This document shows, piece after piece, positions 1 through 9,913 of a stretch of DNA of 64,000 nt. The DNA is from Desulfosudaceae bacterium. GTDB taxonomy: Bacteria; Desulfobacterota; Desulfobacteria; Desulfobacterales; Desulfosudaceae. The stretch covers positions 2,208,001 to 2,272,000 of the forward strand of contig CAXXDV010000001.1 in the NCBI GenBank assembly GCA_963674745.2, written 5' to 3'. A program made the translations under genes and the position numbers. Position 1 is the first letter of the stretch; the number at the start of each line of letters is the position of its first letter. The notes beneath the pieces are model-generated. The model was not told the DNA's origin and searched no databases. It worked only from the letters and a program-made list of their open reading frames with translations.

Positions 1-1067
1 GGCCCAACTGTCTGGGCGTTACCAACACACACCATCGGTTGAATACAACGCCTCATCGTTATTATGGTGAGCCGGGTTTTATCGGCCTGGTTTCACAGTC
101 CGGCAGTTTTGTGACCCAGATGTTCTCCTACCTGCAAAATCTGGGACTGGGATTCAGTACGGCCTTCAGCATCGGCAACGAGGCCAACACGGACCTGGTT
201 GATTGCCTGGAGTATCTCGGCGCCTGTCCCCACACGAAAGTGATTGCCCTTTATGTGGAAGCGATTCACCGGGGCCGTGATTTTGTCGAGACGGCCCGCC
301 GGATCACGCCGCATAAGCCCATCGTAGCCCTGTATATCGGCGGTTCTGAAACCGGCCGCAAGGCGGCGCTTTCTCATACCGGCTCCTTGTCCGGGCCGGA
401 CGAACTGTATGAAGGTATTTTCCGCCAAAGCGGTGTGGTGCGCGCGGCCTCTCTGGCGGAATTGTTTGATTTCTGCATGGCCCTGGGCCAATTGCCGGCG
501 CCGGCCGGCGGCAAGGTGTTTGTGCAGACCCATTCCGGCGGTCCCGGCGCGGTGGCGGCGGATGCCTGTGGCCGGGCGGGGTTGTGCCTGCCTGAACCGG
601 GAGATGCGACCCGGCAGAAAATTGCAGAATTCGTACCGGCTACCGGCAGTATCAGGAATCCCATTGATGTCACTTTTACAAAAGATATTGTGCAGTTTTT
701 TTCGGCACTGCCCCAGGCCTTGCTCGAGGATCCGGAATGTCAGCTGCTGCTGCTCTATTACTACCTGCCTGCGGATATGATAAAAGGGGCTTTGCTCCGG
801 ATGGGGGTTCCCCGGCAGGAACTGGATTCGAAAGTCGCTGAAATAGCGCAAATGATGTCACAGAACATCAGGCGGATAATTGATGAGCAGAACAAACCGG
901 TGGTCTGTTTTTCCTATCAGGGGAGAAATGAAACCGCCATGCAGATGCTGGCGCAGGCCGGTATCCCCTTTTATCAGGGGCCGGAAGAGGCCGTTCGATC
1001 CATCGGTGCCATGAATCACTACCGCCGATATAAGCAAAAGCTGGCGATGCAAGACGGAACGGTTTAA
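1..1067 (+). CDS. Acyl-CoA synthetase (NDP-forming) alpha subunit / CoA-binding protein, 5' end outside window
   Basis: PNCLGV at the window start, SQSGS, GNEAN, SHTGSL (phospho-His motif), SGGPG, NPID. Confidence 0.85.
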   Translation, partial: PNCLGVTNTHHRLNTTPHRYYGEPGFIGLVSQSGSFVTQMFSYLQNLGLGFSTAFSIGNEANTDLVDCLEYLGACPHTKVIALYVEAIHRGRDFVETARRITPHKPIVALYIGGSETGRKAALSHTGSLSGPDELYEGIFRQSGVVRAASLAELFDFCMALGQLPAPAGGKVFVQTHSGGPGAVAADACGRAGLCLPEPGDATRQKIAEFVPATGSIRNPIDVTFTKDIVQFFSALPQALLEDPECQLLLLYYYLPADMIKGALLRMGVPRQELDSKVAEIAQMMSQNIRRIIDEQNKPVVCFSYQGRNETAMQMLAQAGIPFYQGPEEAVRSIGAMNHYRRYKQKLAMQDGTV

Positions 1068-1249
1068 GGGCCCGGACGCCAGGGACAGATATGTCGTTTT
1101 TCATCTTGCCGGTGTTATGGGGTCGGCTCTGAGGGTGTTTTTTATTGCTTTTCTACAGGATTTTTTTTATAATTTTCATGATTTAGTTTGGAGAAAGGGG
1201 CTTTTCAAACAATCATCAACCGCATCACCTAAACTTTCGACCACATTTT

Positions 1250-1573
1250 ATGAACTTAAAAAAACTTTCCGAGATACACGGGCTAACAGTCGAAGAGTTT
1301 GCGGGGATTCTGGAAGTGTTTGTCGATACGGCAAAAGAGGACATTGAAAAAATTCAGACGGCCGTTGAAGAACAGGACCTGCTCTCCGCCGAAAGAGCGG
1401 CGCACTCTTTGAAGGGCGCTTCCGGCAACCTGGGGTTTGAAAAAATGTTTGAAATGGCGCGGGCCGTGGAAGTCAATGCGGAAAAAGGCGAGTTTGAGCA
1501 GATCAAAAGCGCGCTTCCACGTTTAACCCGGGAACTGGAAGAAATTATAACCCAGTTAAGTGCCGCCGTTTGA
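1250..1573 (+). CDS. Hpt (histidine phosphotransfer) domain protein
   Basis: AHSLKGASGNLG motif. Confidence 0.9.
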   Translation: MNLKKLSEIHGLTVEEFAGILEVFVDTAKEDIEKIQTAVEEQDLLSAERAAHSLKGASGNLGFEKMFEMARAVEVNAEKGEFEQIKSALPRLTRELEEIITQLSAAV

Positions 1574-1696
1574 GCCCGTGCTTTTCCAGCCGGCGATCCG
1601 GTTTTGCGTTTGATCCAGGCGGTTTTTTCTGGTATTAAAGATTGGGGTGAACAGATCTTTTCTTGTCAACATCAATGAGCTCTATACGGGTATGTT

Positions 1697-2815
1697 ATGG
1701 AAGATTCCCAGAAAAAATTTTCTATCCTGGTTGTAGATGATAATCTCCTTAACTTAAAACTGCTGGCAACGACACTGGACAACCACGGGTATAAAACCTT
1801 CACCGCTCTGGATGGTCCTACCGCGCGCCATTTTGCCGAAAACGAATCCCCGGATTTAATCCTGCTGGATGTCAAAATGCCGGGGGAGGACGGTTTTGAA
1901 GTCATCACACGTTTAAAGCAGAACCCCGTGACCGCTTCCATTCCCGTCATTTTTCTGTCCGGGGTCAGTGAGCTGGAGTCAAAACTGACCGGTTTTGATC
2001 TGGGGGCTGTTGACTATATTACCAAGCCGTTTCATCCACTGGAAGTACTGGCGCGGGTTCAACTTCATCTCAAACTGTCCGTGGCCACCAATTCTCTGAT
2101 CAGCAACCAGGCGGATAAACTCAAACAGATCACCGAAGCCCAGTCTTCGATGCTGACCACCCCTGAAACCCAGCCCAAGGCCGGATTCGGTGTTTATTAT
2201 TGCGCCCTGGAAGAAGCCGGCGGTGATTTCTACGATGTACTGCCGGTCTCAGAAGATATTTACGGGTATTTTGTGGCTGATTTTTCCGGGCATGATATTA
2301 AGACCAGCTATATGACATCGTCCGTAAAAGCACTTCTGAAACAAAACTGCACTCCTGTTTACCGGCCGCTGGAAAGTATAAAAATAATAAATGATGTTTT
2401 ATTGAAAATACTGCCGGAAGATAAGTTCCTGACCGCCTGTTACGCCTGCCTGAACCGGAAAACCAGGAACATGACCATCATCAGTGCCGGTCATCCGCCG
2501 GTTGTCTTCGCGGCTGCCAAAGGCAAGCCCAAGTTTGTCAGCTTAAAAGGCGATGTGCTGGGCAGTTTTTCAGATGTCGCTTTCGGGCAGAAGCAGCTTA
2601 AAGTCTCCACCGGCGATCGGTTTTATATCTATTCCGACGGATTGATCGAATCATCAAAAAAGAAGCGGTTGCCGGATGACAGCGAGTTGCTGGAAGCCTG
2701 CCAAAAAGTGGCGGATGTGCCCGTCAGAAACGCGCCCGAGGAAATCGCAAAGATCATGGGAAAAGACACATCACGTTGTGAGGACGATGTGATCGTTCTG
2801 TCCATAGAGGTTTAA
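1697..2815 (+). CDS. Response regulator receiver + PP2C/SpoIIE phosphatase
   Basis: VVDD..LLDVKMP..KPF receiver; GGDFYD, ADFSGH, AGHPP, SDGL, DDV phosphatase motifs. Confidence 0.9.
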   Translation: MEDSQKKFSILVVDDNLLNLKLLATTLDNHGYKTFTALDGPTARHFAENESPDLILLDVKMPGEDGFEVITRLKQNPVTASIPVIFLSGVSELESKLTGFDLGAVDYITKPFHPLEVLARVQLHLKLSVATNSLISNQADKLKQITEAQSSMLTTPETQPKAGFGVYYCALEEAGGDFYDVLPVSEDIYGYFVADFSGHDIKTSYMTSSVKALLKQNCTPVYRPLESIKIINDVLLKILPEDKFLTACYACLNRKTRNMTIISAGHPPVVFAAAKGKPKFVSLKGDVLGSFSDVAFGQKQLKVSTGDRFYIYSDGLIESSKKKRLPDDSELLEACQKVADVPVRNAPEEIAKIMGKDTSRCEDDVIVLSIEV

Positions 2816-2825
2816 GAGTGGATAT

Positions 2826-4178
2826 ATGGCTGAAAAAGAAAATATATTCATTTCTCAGGATAAGAACCGCCTGGTTGTGCACTTCCCATCCCACCTGAAT
2901 CATATTAATCGGATTGAAGAGGAAACCCGCAATTTTCTTAATAAAAACGGGCTGTCCGGCGATCTTTTCCCCGTCTGCCTGGCCATGCGTGAAGGCCTTT
3001 TAAATGCCGTCAAGCACGGTAATCTGTCCGATCCTAAAAAAACCGTGAAATATAGCCTGACCTTTTCCGACGATATTCTCACCATGGAAATCGAAGATCA
3101 GGGTGACGGTTTTGACTGGAAGTCTGTCCAGAATATCCGTCCTTCAGAAGAATGTGAACACGGCCGGGGCATATTCATTATGCGGCGGTATTTTTCTGAG
3201 TTTCAATACAATAGTAAGGGCAATCGGCTGACCCTCAAAAAATACAGCCGTTCTGACAACCGTAAGGGGGAAAAACCCACCAGCCGGTTGGAAGAACTGG
3301 CCCAGGCCATCCTGCAATCACCGGAGCGGATCGAAACGACTTCGAAAGAAGAGATGTTCCGGTTGATTGAATGCCTTTACGTCCGCAATAACCGTCTGGC
3401 GCTTCAGAATGCCGAACTTCGTCGTTCCCAGACCTGGCTCAGCGGTCATGCCCGGTCCGAGGTAACGACCGGCAGACCGGCGGAGCGGCACAGCAGCCTG
3501 TTTCAACATAACCCGGCCGGTACAATTACCGTGGATGAGGAAGGACGGATTACCGAGTACAGCCTGGCGAAAAGGGCCGTCAGCGGACGGCTGCCGGAAA
3601 TCGGGTCAGTCATGTACAAAGATTACGCCGCCAAACATAAGATCGATATGCATACGGAACTGTTGGGCTGCATTAATTCTGCCGATCCCAAAGAATTTCC
3701 GGATATGGAATACGAAGACAAAACATATTATATCCGAATATCGCCGTTTCCCGGTGGGGCCATTATTACCTCTCTGGACATCACCTCTCTGAAAAAGGCC
3801 GAAAGAAAATATATCCGTCTGGTAAGGGCAATAGATCAATCCCGCGACGAAATGGTGGTGTTTGATCATAAAGGATATGCGGAATATGCCAACGCTGCTT
3901 TTTTAAACAACCGGGATGTTTCGCTGGATACGATCATTGATAGGAAATACGATGACATCCGGATGGAAATAATCGGCCGGTCATTTGCGGATAAAATGGG
4001 ACAGGTGTTGAGATACGGTGAGCCCTGGAGCGGCTGCTTGACCAGACCGTTTAATAACGGCCGGGAAGACGTATTTGTATCTATAAAACCGGTCAAAGAC
4101 GACAATGATGTCGTCATGGGGTATGTCGCTGTCAGCAGACCAGGGACAGGCGACCATACATCTAAAGCAGACGAATGA
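2826..4178 (+). CDS. RsbW-like anti-sigma Ser/Thr kinase (HATPase) fused to PAS-like domains
   Basis: REGLLNAVKHGN, EDQGDGFD, GRGIF motifs; PAS-like C-terminal region (YANAAF..GEPWSG). Confidence 0.8.
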   Translation: MAEKENIFISQDKNRLVVHFPSHLNHINRIEEETRNFLNKNGLSGDLFPVCLAMREGLLNAVKHGNLSDPKKTVKYSLTFSDDILTMEIEDQGDGFDWKSVQNIRPSEECEHGRGIFIMRRYFSEFQYNSKGNRLTLKKYSRSDNRKGEKPTSRLEELAQAILQSPERIETTSKEEMFRLIECLYVRNNRLALQNAELRRSQTWLSGHARSEVTTGRPAERHSSLFQHNPAGTITVDEEGRITEYSLAKRAVSGRLPEIGSVMYKDYAAKHKIDMHTELLGCINSADPKEFPDMEYEDKTYYIRISPFPGGAIITSLDITSLKKAERKYIRLVRAIDQSRDEMVVFDHKGYAEYANAAFLNNRDVSLDTIIDRKYDDIRMEIIGRSFADKMGQVLRYGEPWSGCLTRPFNNGREDVFVSIKPVKDDNDVVMGYVAVSRPGTGDHTSKADE

Positions 4179-4372
4179 TCGGGGCCATCGCCGGAGACAT
4201 CATCGGTTCAGTCTATGAACACCGACCGATCAAAACAAAGGATTTCCCGCTTTTTGACGACCGGTGCGCTTTTACGGATGATTCGGTGCTTACCATTGCT
4301 GTCGCCGAAGCCGTTCTGTCCGGCACCGGTTACGCCGTTTCCTTATCGTTTCGCGCCAGGTATTACAAATAG
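4175..4372 (+). pseudogene. Truncated ADP-ribosylglycohydrolase (DraG family) N-terminus
   Basis: MIGAIAGDIIGS..E and FTDDSVLT motifs, but only 65 aa before a stop next to a repeat element. Confidence 0.75.
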
Positions 4373-4419
4373 TCTATTTAGTTAATCGCCCGAATAGTGG
4401 TAGTAAATAAGTGATATGA

Positions 4420-4648
4420 GGATCCAAGGGGTCAAGGGGCCAAGGGGCCGAGAACGGCCTTTATATACAAGTGCTTGACGAGTTTCTCAGTGCTTGGTTG
4501 ACAAGTTGAAACCAGGACGTTTTTCATAGGCAGCCAAATTTTTTTAGAAAAATTAGCACTAACAAAATTTATGTGTTAAAAATTCAGGAAATATTTTGAT
4601 AACAAACACTTGACCCCTTGAATCCTTGAACCCTTGACCTCTTGAACC
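4420..4648. repeat. Inverted arrays of 8-bp tandem repeats flanking an AT-rich spacer (MITE/REP-like)
   Basis: 4420-4451 ggatccaa/ggggtcaa/ggggccaa/ggggccga; 4609-4648 five copies of cttga(a/c)(c/t)(c/t), the reverse complement of the left units. Confidence 0.75.
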
Positions 4649-4796
4649 CTGTGTGCCCACTAAATTGGAGAAGAGCTGTCTATTTCTTTGCGCCATGACC
4701 CTGTATTTTAAAAAGCATGCGTCCGCTCTTTACAAGATGGGAAAACATGATAAATAAGGTAGCAAATATCATACAATGTTGGAAAGCGAGTGAACT

Positions 4797-5816
4797 ATGA
4801 AACTTGGTATCGTGGGTCTGGACGGAGCCGGCAAGACAACCCTGTTCGAGGCCCTGACACGCTCGGCCGAGGACGCCGGGCATAAAAACGAAGACCGCCT
4901 GGCGGTGATTTACGTGCCGGATCAGCGGGTGGATGTGCTGACCGGGATGTATAAGCCGCGCAAGACGATTTACGCCCAGATCGAATATTGCCTGCCTGCC
5001 GGGATAAAGAAAAATGACCGGGAGGCCCGCTGGAATGCAGTTCGGGAGTGTGACGCCCTGATCAACGTGGTCCGGAATTTCCAGATACCGGGAGGCGAGG
5101 CGCCGGCGCCGTATAAGGATATGGCCACTCTGGATGAAGAATTTATCCTGGCCGATTACATGGTGGTCGAAAAAAGGCTGGAACGCATCGAAGCCGATAA
5201 AAAAAGGGGCAAGAAAGCCGACGCGGTTGAGATTTCGCTGCTAGAACAGGCCCGCAAGATGCTGGAGAACAACCAGCCCCTGCGTCTGAACACCGATATA
5301 ACAGGCTCGCCATTGATGCGGGGGTTTACCTTCCTCTCCGGAAAACCGGTCCTGGCCCTGTTGAACAATGAAGATGATGACATGGCCCTGCCTGCCGGAG
5401 ATCCGCCCCCGGGTGTTGAAACCATGGTGGTCAGGGGAAAGCTGGAGCATGAAATATCCCGCATGTCCGACGAAGAGGCCGCCGAGTTTCTAAAGGAGTT
5501 TGACATCACCGAGCCGGCCACCGCCCGGGCCATCAAACGGTCTTATGAGACACTGGGGCTGCTCTCTTTTTTTACGGTGGGGGAGGATGAAGTCCGGGCC
5601 TGGACAATCAAAAAAGAGACACCGGCGGTTAAAGCAGCCGGGGTGATTCATTCAGATATTGAGAAGGGGTTTATCCGGGCCGAAATTGTTTCTTACGATG
5701 ACCTGATCAGCGCCGGCAGTTATGCCGAGGCCAGAAAAAAAGGCACCACCCGGCTGGAAGGTAAGACCTATGTCATGGCGGACGGTGATGTGGTGAATTT
5801 CCGTTTTAATGTTTAG
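4797..5816 (+). CDS. YchF-like (Obg family, DUF933) NTPase, divergent paralogue
   Basis: GLDGAGKTTLF P-loop; C-terminal FFTVGEDEVRAWT..AGVIHSDIEKGFIRAE..FRFNV. Confidence 0.85.
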   Translation: MKLGIVGLDGAGKTTLFEALTRSAEDAGHKNEDRLAVIYVPDQRVDVLTGMYKPRKTIYAQIEYCLPAGIKKNDREARWNAVRECDALINVVRNFQIPGGEAPAPYKDMATLDEEFILADYMVVEKRLERIEADKKRGKKADAVEISLLEQARKMLENNQPLRLNTDITGSPLMRGFTFLSGKPVLALLNNEDDDMALPAGDPPPGVETMVVRGKLEHEISRMSDEEAAEFLKEFDITEPATARAIKRSYETLGLLSFFTVGEDEVRAWTIKKETPAVKAAGVIHSDIEKGFIRAEIVSYDDLISAGSYAEARKKGTTRLEGKTYVMADGDVVNFRFNV

Positions 5817-5825
5817 GGGGTTGTT

Positions 5826-6668
5826 GTGATTATTGATTTTCATACCCATATTTTCCCTGAATCGATTCGAAACAACCGGGCCGATTTCTTCAAGGGTGAG
5901 TCGGCCTTCCGCCTGCTGTATGAACCTGAAAAATCAAAAATCGCCAGTGCCGAAGACCTGATCGCGCAGATGGATGAAAGCGGTGTGGACATGGCCGTTA
6001 CCTTTGGTTTCCCCTGGGAATCCCCGGAACTGGCCCGGGAACACAATGATTATATTATCGAGGCCCAGAAACGCTATCCCGAACGGCTGGCCGGTTTGTG
6101 CTGCGTGGGCATGTATCGCGGTGATCCCGCCCGTGAGGTGGCGCGGTGTCTGGATGCCGGACTTTACGGCGTGGGCGAACTGGCCTTCTATCACTCCGGA
6201 ATAGACGAAGAGGCCATCGGGCTGCTGGAACCCGTCATGGCGATCTGCCGCGATCGCGACAAACCGGTCATGATCCACACCAACGAGCCCGTTGGTCATC
6301 AGTATCCCGGCAAGAGCCCCCTTACCGTGGGGCAGATTTATGACCTGGCCGCCGCGTTTCCGGATAACCGCATCGTCCTGGCCCACTGGGGGGGCGGTGT
6401 CTTTTTTTACAATCTGTTGAAGCGGGAAGCAAAAGAGGTGCTAAAAAACGTCTGGTATGATACCGCCGCTTCGCCCTTTCTGTATGATGTCGATATTTAT
6501 AAAACCGCCTGCGCCCTGACCGGACCGGATAAGATCCTGTGGGGTACGGATTTCCCCCTGCTCAAACCGGCCCGTTATTTCAAAGAACTCAACCAGGCCC
6601 GAATTTCTGAAACTGACCGGGCCGCTATTGTTGGCGGCAATGCCGCTGCTGCTTTGGGACTGACGTAA
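5826..6668 (+). CDS. Amidohydrolase family (Amidohydro_2) protein
   Basis: DFHTH, GVGEL, IHT, LAHWGG, WGTDFP. Confidence 0.85.
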   Translation: MIIDFHTHIFPESIRNNRADFFKGESAFRLLYEPEKSKIASAEDLIAQMDESGVDMAVTFGFPWESPELAREHNDYIIEAQKRYPERLAGLCCVGMYRGDPAREVARCLDAGLYGVGELAFYHSGIDEEAIGLLEPVMAICRDRDKPVMIHTNEPVGHQYPGKSPLTVGQIYDLAAAFPDNRIVLAHWGGGVFFYNLLKREAKEVLKNVWYDTAASPFLYDVDIYKTACALTGPDKILWGTDFPLLKPARYFKELNQARISETDRAAIVGGNAAAALGLT

Positions 6669-6794
6669 GATGCGGGTCGTCTCGTTACGTACGAGATTTA
6701 AATAATATTACATAAAGCCTGTGTTCGTCCCTCCTCTGTTCATACAGAAAACTGAAAAACAGGTCCTATAAGGATCGAAGTTTACCCGGTTCGT

Positions 6795-8360
6795 TTATTC
6801 TGTACGTATTATCTCAATCCCATTCAGTGATCTCAAATCATACAAATCAGGACGGCGGTCATGAAGCGGTCTGACGGTTGATAAATGCCGCTGATGGGCC
6901 AAAGCGGAAATGGCCAGTTCGGAAACTACCACCGCCTCGACGTTGGGGTCTGCTTCCCCTTCGACGCCTTTTTCCGGAAAGGAGAAATCGCTGGGCGTCA
7001 GGATGGCGGCCTGGCTGTAATGCATAAAAGAGCCGGCATCCGTGCGCATACTCCCGACACTGCCGGTCATGACGACATATACGAAATTTTCAACGGCCCG
7101 GGCCTGGGCGCAATGTCGGACACGATAATACGCCTTTTTTTCTTCAGTATAGTAAGGGACAAAGATCACTTCCGTTCCGGAAAGGGTTAACAGGCGAGAG
7201 ACTTCCGGGAATTCGATATCATAACAGATCTGAATGGCGATGCGGGCCAGGGGCGTGTCAAACACGCGGATTCCCTCGCCGGGCTGGATATCCCCTTCTA
7301 CACGTTCCGCCGGAGTGATGTGAAGCTTGTCCTGAGTATAGATGTTGCCATGAGGCGTAAACAGATGCGCTGTGTTAAAATATAGCCCATCCCGCAGAAC
7401 GGGGTGTGATCCGCCGATGATGTAAATATTATATTTCATGGCAAATCGCTTAAGCGTATCGATATATTGATCCGTCATGGACGCCAGCTTCTGGATCATC
7501 TCTTTAAAGGTCATGCCTGTCATGCAGCTGAACATAGAATATGTGAAATACTCGGGAAAGAGCAGGAAATGGCAGTGCCAGGCATCGGCCGAATTGACGA
7601 AGAACTCGACGGTCTCTTCGAGGTCTTCCCAGCCGTTGATACGGCGCATGGGGTACTGGGCGGCACACACGCGTATCCGTCGGGCCCTCTGTTTTACAGG
7701 ACTGGCGGCCGTAATCCTTTTCTTGGAAATATCGAAATCGGGGTTGGGCATCTCCAGGAAGGTCGAATAATTCAGGCTGGACTTGTCAACGGTGATGTCC
7801 AGCTGCACATTCTTTACCTGGTATCCGGCCTTCAGGTGCGCGTTCAAGGCAAAATCCTTCAGTTCTCCCCGAGTCACTTTTTCTATGTACTGTTCCGCCG
7901 ACATCTTTCCGGCGTGCTCTTTGTAACCGGGGATTCGTCCATAAGCGATCATCCGGCGCAGATTGTATCGCTTCAAGAGAACCTTACGGCGTTTATATAA
8001 AAGGCCGGACACACCCCTGCGCCGGAAGTCGGGATGAACGGCCATATCCGCCCCGTAGAGTGTGTCGCCGTCGGGATTGTGCGTGCTGAACGTGCTGGCT
8101 CCGGTAAGTTCATCCACCGTATACCAGAACTCATCGTCGATGCTGATGATCGTAGAGGTGGCGTATCCGACGATCCGGCTACCTGCCACGGCCACAAACT
8201 GGCCGTCCGGAAACGCTGCAAATTGCATTTCATAGATGCGCGGTGGATAGATGAATTCCGGAGGATAATCGCTGTAGGCCGCCCGGCTGCACTCGATAAT
8301 TGCGGGGATATCATCCGACCGCCATCGGCGTGTTGTGATTTTGGTACTTGTTTTGCTCAT
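6795..8360 (-). CDS. GNAT acetyltransferase + carbon-nitrogen hydrolase (nitrilase-fold) fusion
   Basis: AVHPDFRRRGVS GNAT motif; FPE / DKLH / ICYDIEFPE catalytic Glu-Lys-Cys; ATG at 8360 preceded by GGAGAGG. Confidence 0.85.
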   Translation of the reverse strand: MSKTSTKITTRRWRSDDIPAIIECSRAAYSDYPPEFIYPPRIYEMQFAAFPDGQFVAVAGSRIVGYATSTIISIDDEFWYTVDELTGASTFSTHNPDGDTLYGADMAVHPDFRRRGVSGLLYKRRKVLLKRYNLRRMIAYGRIPGYKEHAGKMSAEQYIEKVTRGELKDFALNAHLKAGYQVKNVQLDITVDKSSLNYSTFLEMPNPDFDISKKRITAASPVKQRARRIRVCAAQYPMRRINGWEDLEETVEFFVNSADAWHCHFLLFPEYFTYSMFSCMTGMTFKEMIQKLASMTDQYIDTLKRFAMKYNIYIIGGSHPVLRDGLYFNTAHLFTPHGNIYTQDKLHITPAERVEGDIQPGEGIRVFDTPLARIAIQICYDIEFPEVSRLLTLSGTEVIFVPYYTEEKKAYYRVRHCAQARAVENFVYVVMTGSVGSMRTDAGSFMHYSQAAILTPSDFSFPEKGVEGEADPNVEAVVVSELAISALAHQRHLSTVRPLHDRRPDLYDLRSLNGIEIIRTE

Positions 8361-8602
8361 TGGTTGTTGCCTCTCCGTTCTTTTTGTTCCACGAGACCGC
8401 ACAGATGCGTGCAAATCCCTGTAAACGCACTTTCCATTAAAAATAAACGGTTTTCACCGGTACGCATTCCCACTTGATCCGTTTTTTTTAACAAAAACGC
8501 ATATCAACATTATATCTTTGAGCGCTTGATGCGGTATTTCCCGGTGTCCTGCATTTCTCGTTTCCTGTCGGAAATACCCGCAGGCAGCAAACGATTTGTT
8601 GT

Positions 8603-9913
8603 TTATACAGTGACAACCCCGGGCAGGGGTTTGATAAAATTCTGGCGGAGACTATATGTGTAGGCGCCCTGATTGGGTATCATGAGCACGTCCCCGGGTT
8701 GAATATCACCGCCCCAATAAGAATATCCCCATACATCATGAGGCGTACAGAGAGAACCGAGAATGAGGCATCTTTTTTCCTTTATTTCCGGACGTGTCAG
8801 GTTCAGTATCGGCGCGTAATCAGTTTCAAATCGTTCCCAGCCGATGGCATTCGTTCCCGCATCCGTGATTACAAGGTCGTTCGCCTTCTTGTCCACCACG
8901 GTAACAAAGAGATGCATGGCATCGTTGCAAATCCAGCGTCCCGGCTCAAAACAGACCCGGCAGGGAAACACGGCCCTGAGACTCTCCCGGACAGCAGCGC
9001 CCAGGGTTTCGGCAAAATCGCTGATCGGACAGGCAGGCAGGCGGTAATGCGTCTCCCCGTTGTCAACTGGTGTGCCACAAGCCTTTTTCACCAGTCCGAC
9101 CGGTGTTCCGGCAGGCTGGAGCCATTCACCCTGCTCGGGCCAGTACCCACCCCCGATATCGACAAATTCGATTCGTTTCCGCCAGTCTTCCGGTTTCTTT
9201 TCAAGCGCGTCTCCCAGAAGATGCAGAAAACGCACCTGTGCATCCGGCGTGAGATTCCAACTGGTATGAAACTGCAACCCTTTCAATAAGACATGACGGC
9301 ACTGCAATCCTTTTTCCCAGAATTCTTCCAGCGCATCCAGCGGAATGCCGAATTTGCGCCACAGACCGGATGTGTCCGTAGTCAGTCTCACACCGGCCCG
9401 CACGGTCTGATTCGCCCGGGACGCTATACGCTCTAATCGTGTCAATTCATTGAAGCTGTCAATCAAAACGACCACACGATCCGCATTGTTCACCGCAAGT
9501 ATCAATTCATGATCGGTCTTACCCGGACCGCTGAAAATAATATCATCAGCGCCAAGCATCAGGGCCATATCGAGCTCCAGGCCACTGGATACATCCAGTC
9601 CGAAACCTGTTGAAAGAAGCGTCCGGGCCGCATCCGGATGATTGTTGCTTTTTACGGCATAATAAAAAGACACGTCCGGCAGTACATTCTGAAATTCTTT
9701 CATGAAATGCCGGGAACGCTCTTTCAGCCCGGATGTTTCCAGAAGATAAAGAGGCGGCACATGATCTTTAAGTATGCGCCTGTACCTGTCGCCACAATTG
9801 AAATAATACGCTACAAAGGATATCAGGTCTTTTTCCGGAAACACCGGTGTGTTTTCATTCAGTAAGAAATCATCCGGGTAGCCCATGTTTTCGTAATCTC
9901 TTTCGTTTCTCAA
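8603..9913 (-). CDS. Fold-type III PLP decarboxylase (Orn/DAP/Arg family)
   Basis: YYAVKSN (PLP Lys), SGPGK, KFG, DIGGG, EPGR, GSLCTPHD, GAYT. Confidence 0.85.
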   Translation of the reverse strand: MRNERDYENMGYPDDFLLNENTPVFPEKDLISFVAYYFNCGDRYRRILKDHVPPLYLLETSGLKERSRHFMKEFQNVLPDVSFYYAVKSNNHPDAARTLLSTGFGLDVSSGLELDMALMLGADDIIFSGPGKTDHELILAVNNADRVVVLIDSFNELTRLERIASRANQTVRAGVRLTTDTSGLWRKFGIPLDALEEFWEKGLQCRHVLLKGLQFHTSWNLTPDAQVRFLHLLGDALEKKPEDWRKRIEFVDIGGGYWPEQGEWLQPAGTPVGLVKKACGTPVDNGETHYRLPACPISDFAETLGAAVRESLRAVFPCRVCFEPGRWICNDAMHLFVTVVDKKANDLVITDAGTNAIGWERFETDYAPILNLTRPEIKEKRCLILGSLCTPHDVWGYSYWGGDIQPGDVLMIPNQGAYTYSLRQNFIKPLPGVVTV

